The translations under genes and the position numbers were made by a program. A DNA stretch of 64,000 bases from Callorhinchus milii. Lineage: Eukaryota. Location of the stretch: positions 138,510,001 through 138,574,000 of the forward strand of contig NW_024704742.1 of the NCBI RefSeq assembly GCF_018977255.1, written 5' to 3'. Each line of letters starts with the position of its first letter. The stretch's first letter is position 1. The notes under the pieces are model-generated. The model searched no databases and was not told where the DNA came from. It saw only the letters and a list, made by a program, of their open reading frames with translations. Below are positions 61,993 to 64,000 of the stretch, in pieces.

Positions 61993-64000
61993 ACAACAAC
62001 AACATTACATTTATAGAGCGCCTTTCACGTCAGGAGGACCGTGGGATGGAGTTCCAGAGTGTGGGGGCAGAGTGGCTGAAAGCCCGGCCACCGATGGTAC
62101 GGCGGGTCGGGTGGAAGACATGGAGCAGGCCAGAGCCCGATGAACGGAGGGAGCGGGCAGGTTGGTAGAGAGTCAGCAGGTCAGAGAGGTAGGAGAGGGC
62201 AACAACAACAAGATTCCATTTATAGAGCGCCTTTCACGTCAGGAGGACGTCCCAAAGCGCTGTACAGTTGGGTCAGGACCCGAGCAGGGGGGAAATGGTC
62301 AGGGTGAGGGGAGGGAAGGGAGGGAGCGAGGAGGGGGTAGAGAGTCAAGAGGGGAGATGAAGGCATGGTCAAAGAGAAAGGTCTTGAGACCGGCCTTGAA
62401 TGGCCTTCAAGGTGAGGACGAGGATCTTGAACTCGATCCTCTGGGGGATGGGGAGCCAGTGGAGTCGGGTGAGGGTGGGAGTGATGGGGTCACGGAGTCT
62501 GGTGCCCGAGAGCACACGAGTTGCAGAGTTTTGGATGTTCTGTAGATTGTGAAGGGAAGAGTTGGGAAGGCCGATGAGGAGGGAGTTCCCGTAATCGAGC
62601 CTTGAGGTGACGACTGCGTGGGTGAGGGTTTGGGCAGCCTGAGGGCTGAGGCAGTGGTGGAGTCTGGCAATGTTGGAGTCCTGTAGCTCAGTGGTTAGAG
62701 CACTCGCTTTGCAAGTGAGAGACCTGAGTTCAATTCCAGGCAGGGCGAAATCTTGGGCAAGTTTCCTTACTCCACACAGAGCCTAATAATAATCCCTCCA
62801 AAACCAAAAACAATAATAAATTGGTCATTTTCAATCTACGACTGTTTGTGGGACATTGCTGTGCGCAATTGGCTGCCGCGTTCGCCCACAAATATACAGT
62901 CAATTCACTTTACAGTGTGTTCTGTGAAGCGCTTTGGGACGTCCTCCCGACGTGAAAAGCGCTATATCAAATGCAAGGATTATTATTATTATTATTATTA
63001 TTATTGCAGAGGTGGTGGGAGGCAGTGCCGGTCATGGTGAGGATGTGGGGGAGAAAGGACAGTTCAGGGTGAAACAAGATACCCAGGTTCCTGACTGGCT
63101 GAGTGAGTGAGGTTGAGTGCACAGCCATGGAGGCTGATACTGCCAGCGCCTGAGGTGCGGAGGCGCTGGCACGAGCCAATCAGGGGGGCCTTGGTCTTGC
63201 TGACATTGAGTTGGAGAAACTTGGCCCTCGTCCAGGACTTGATGTGGGACAGGCAGTCGGTCAGGACGCCATTAGTCCTGGAGTTGAGGGTGGAGGCGGA
63301 GAAGTAGAGTTGGGTGTCATCCGCATACTTGTGGAAATTTACCCCATGTCTGCGGATGATGTCACCACAGGGGGAGCATGTAGAGGGTGAAGAGCCTTGA
63401 GGAACACCGCACTAGACAGTGCGGGGGCTGCAGGAGAAGCCGTTAGCTGAGACGATGTGAAAGGTAGGACTTAAACCAATCAAGGACAGAACCTTAAAGG
63501 TTGAGGTGGGAGGAGAGGCGGTGGAGGAGGATTGAGTGGTCCATGGTGTCAAAGGCAGCAGAGGTAGCCCTGGTCACACATGGTCAGGATGTCGTTAGTG
63601 ACCTTGACCAGAGAAGTTTCTGCGCTTTGGGCGGCACAGAAACCCGATTGGAGGGATTCATGGAGGGAGTGAGAGGAGAGGAAAAAGTGAAGCTGGGAGG
63701 CAACGGCTCTCTCAAGGACCTTGGATAGGAAGGGGAGATTTGAGATGGGCCGGGAGCTGGATCGCTGTGATGGGTCAAGGGAGGGTTTCTTCAAGGTGGG
63801 GGTGATCGTGGCTGTTTTAAGGGGGGAAAGGAACAGTGCCAGATGACAGGGAGAGGTTAATGGTGTCAGTGAGTACTGGGGTAAGGAGGTGGAGCTGGGA
63901 TTTAAGGAGAGAGGTGGGGATGGGGTCCAGGAAGCAGGTGGTGGGCTTCATGGAGGTTACGGTGGTGGAGACAGAGGAGGGGGTGACAGGTTCAAAGGTG
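61993..64000 (-). mobile_element. L2 LINE(s), nested 3' ends plus RT; runs off the window
   Basis: Reverse-strand [21 protein letters not shown] and ETSLVKVTND; YADD at ~63317-63328; two (CAA)n tails at ~61993 and ~62200; interrupted by the SINE at 62676. Confidence 0.9.
62676..63005 (+). mobile_element. tRNA-derived SINE, young subfamily (also 9105-9428 and 23896-24212)
   Basis: A box TAGCTCAGTGG, B box GAGTTCAATTCC, DeuSINE-type 3' region, L2-like tail and (ATT)n; the three copies are near-identical. Confidence 0.92.

Overview
Vertebrate genomic DNA, very repeat-rich. The DeuSINE-type, L2, CR1 and Penelope-derived repeats suggest a cartilaginous fish, possibly a chimaera (inference). Two spliced genes lie on the minus strand. 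DAB2 has 11 coding exons from 46284 down to 30809 (2020 nt, 673 codons, consistent GT-AG phases). FYB1/ADAP has an ATG-only first exon at 25518-25520 plus five more exons down to 269 and continues past the left edge. Almost all other ORFs in the track are artefacts of LINEs, SINEs and minisatellites. The main anomaly is the ~5 kb between DAB2 exon 12 and FYB1 exon 1. It is almost entirely repeats, and I could find neither the last DAB2 coding exons nor complement C9, which lies between these genes in human; this is either a real deletion or an assembly misjoin. The DAB2 frame also stays open for ~178 codons past its last donor, through a SINE that supplies an NPF motif. Other points of note are a minimal hammerhead-ribozyme motif, three kinds of repeat-seeded minisatellite, a perfect 31-bp inverted repeat carrying PU.1-type sites, and an unclassified repeat with an invariant 79-bp core. 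I found no convincing wholly new biological system. All calls were made by eye, and repeat boundaries are approximate. Exon numbers follow human numbering from memory.
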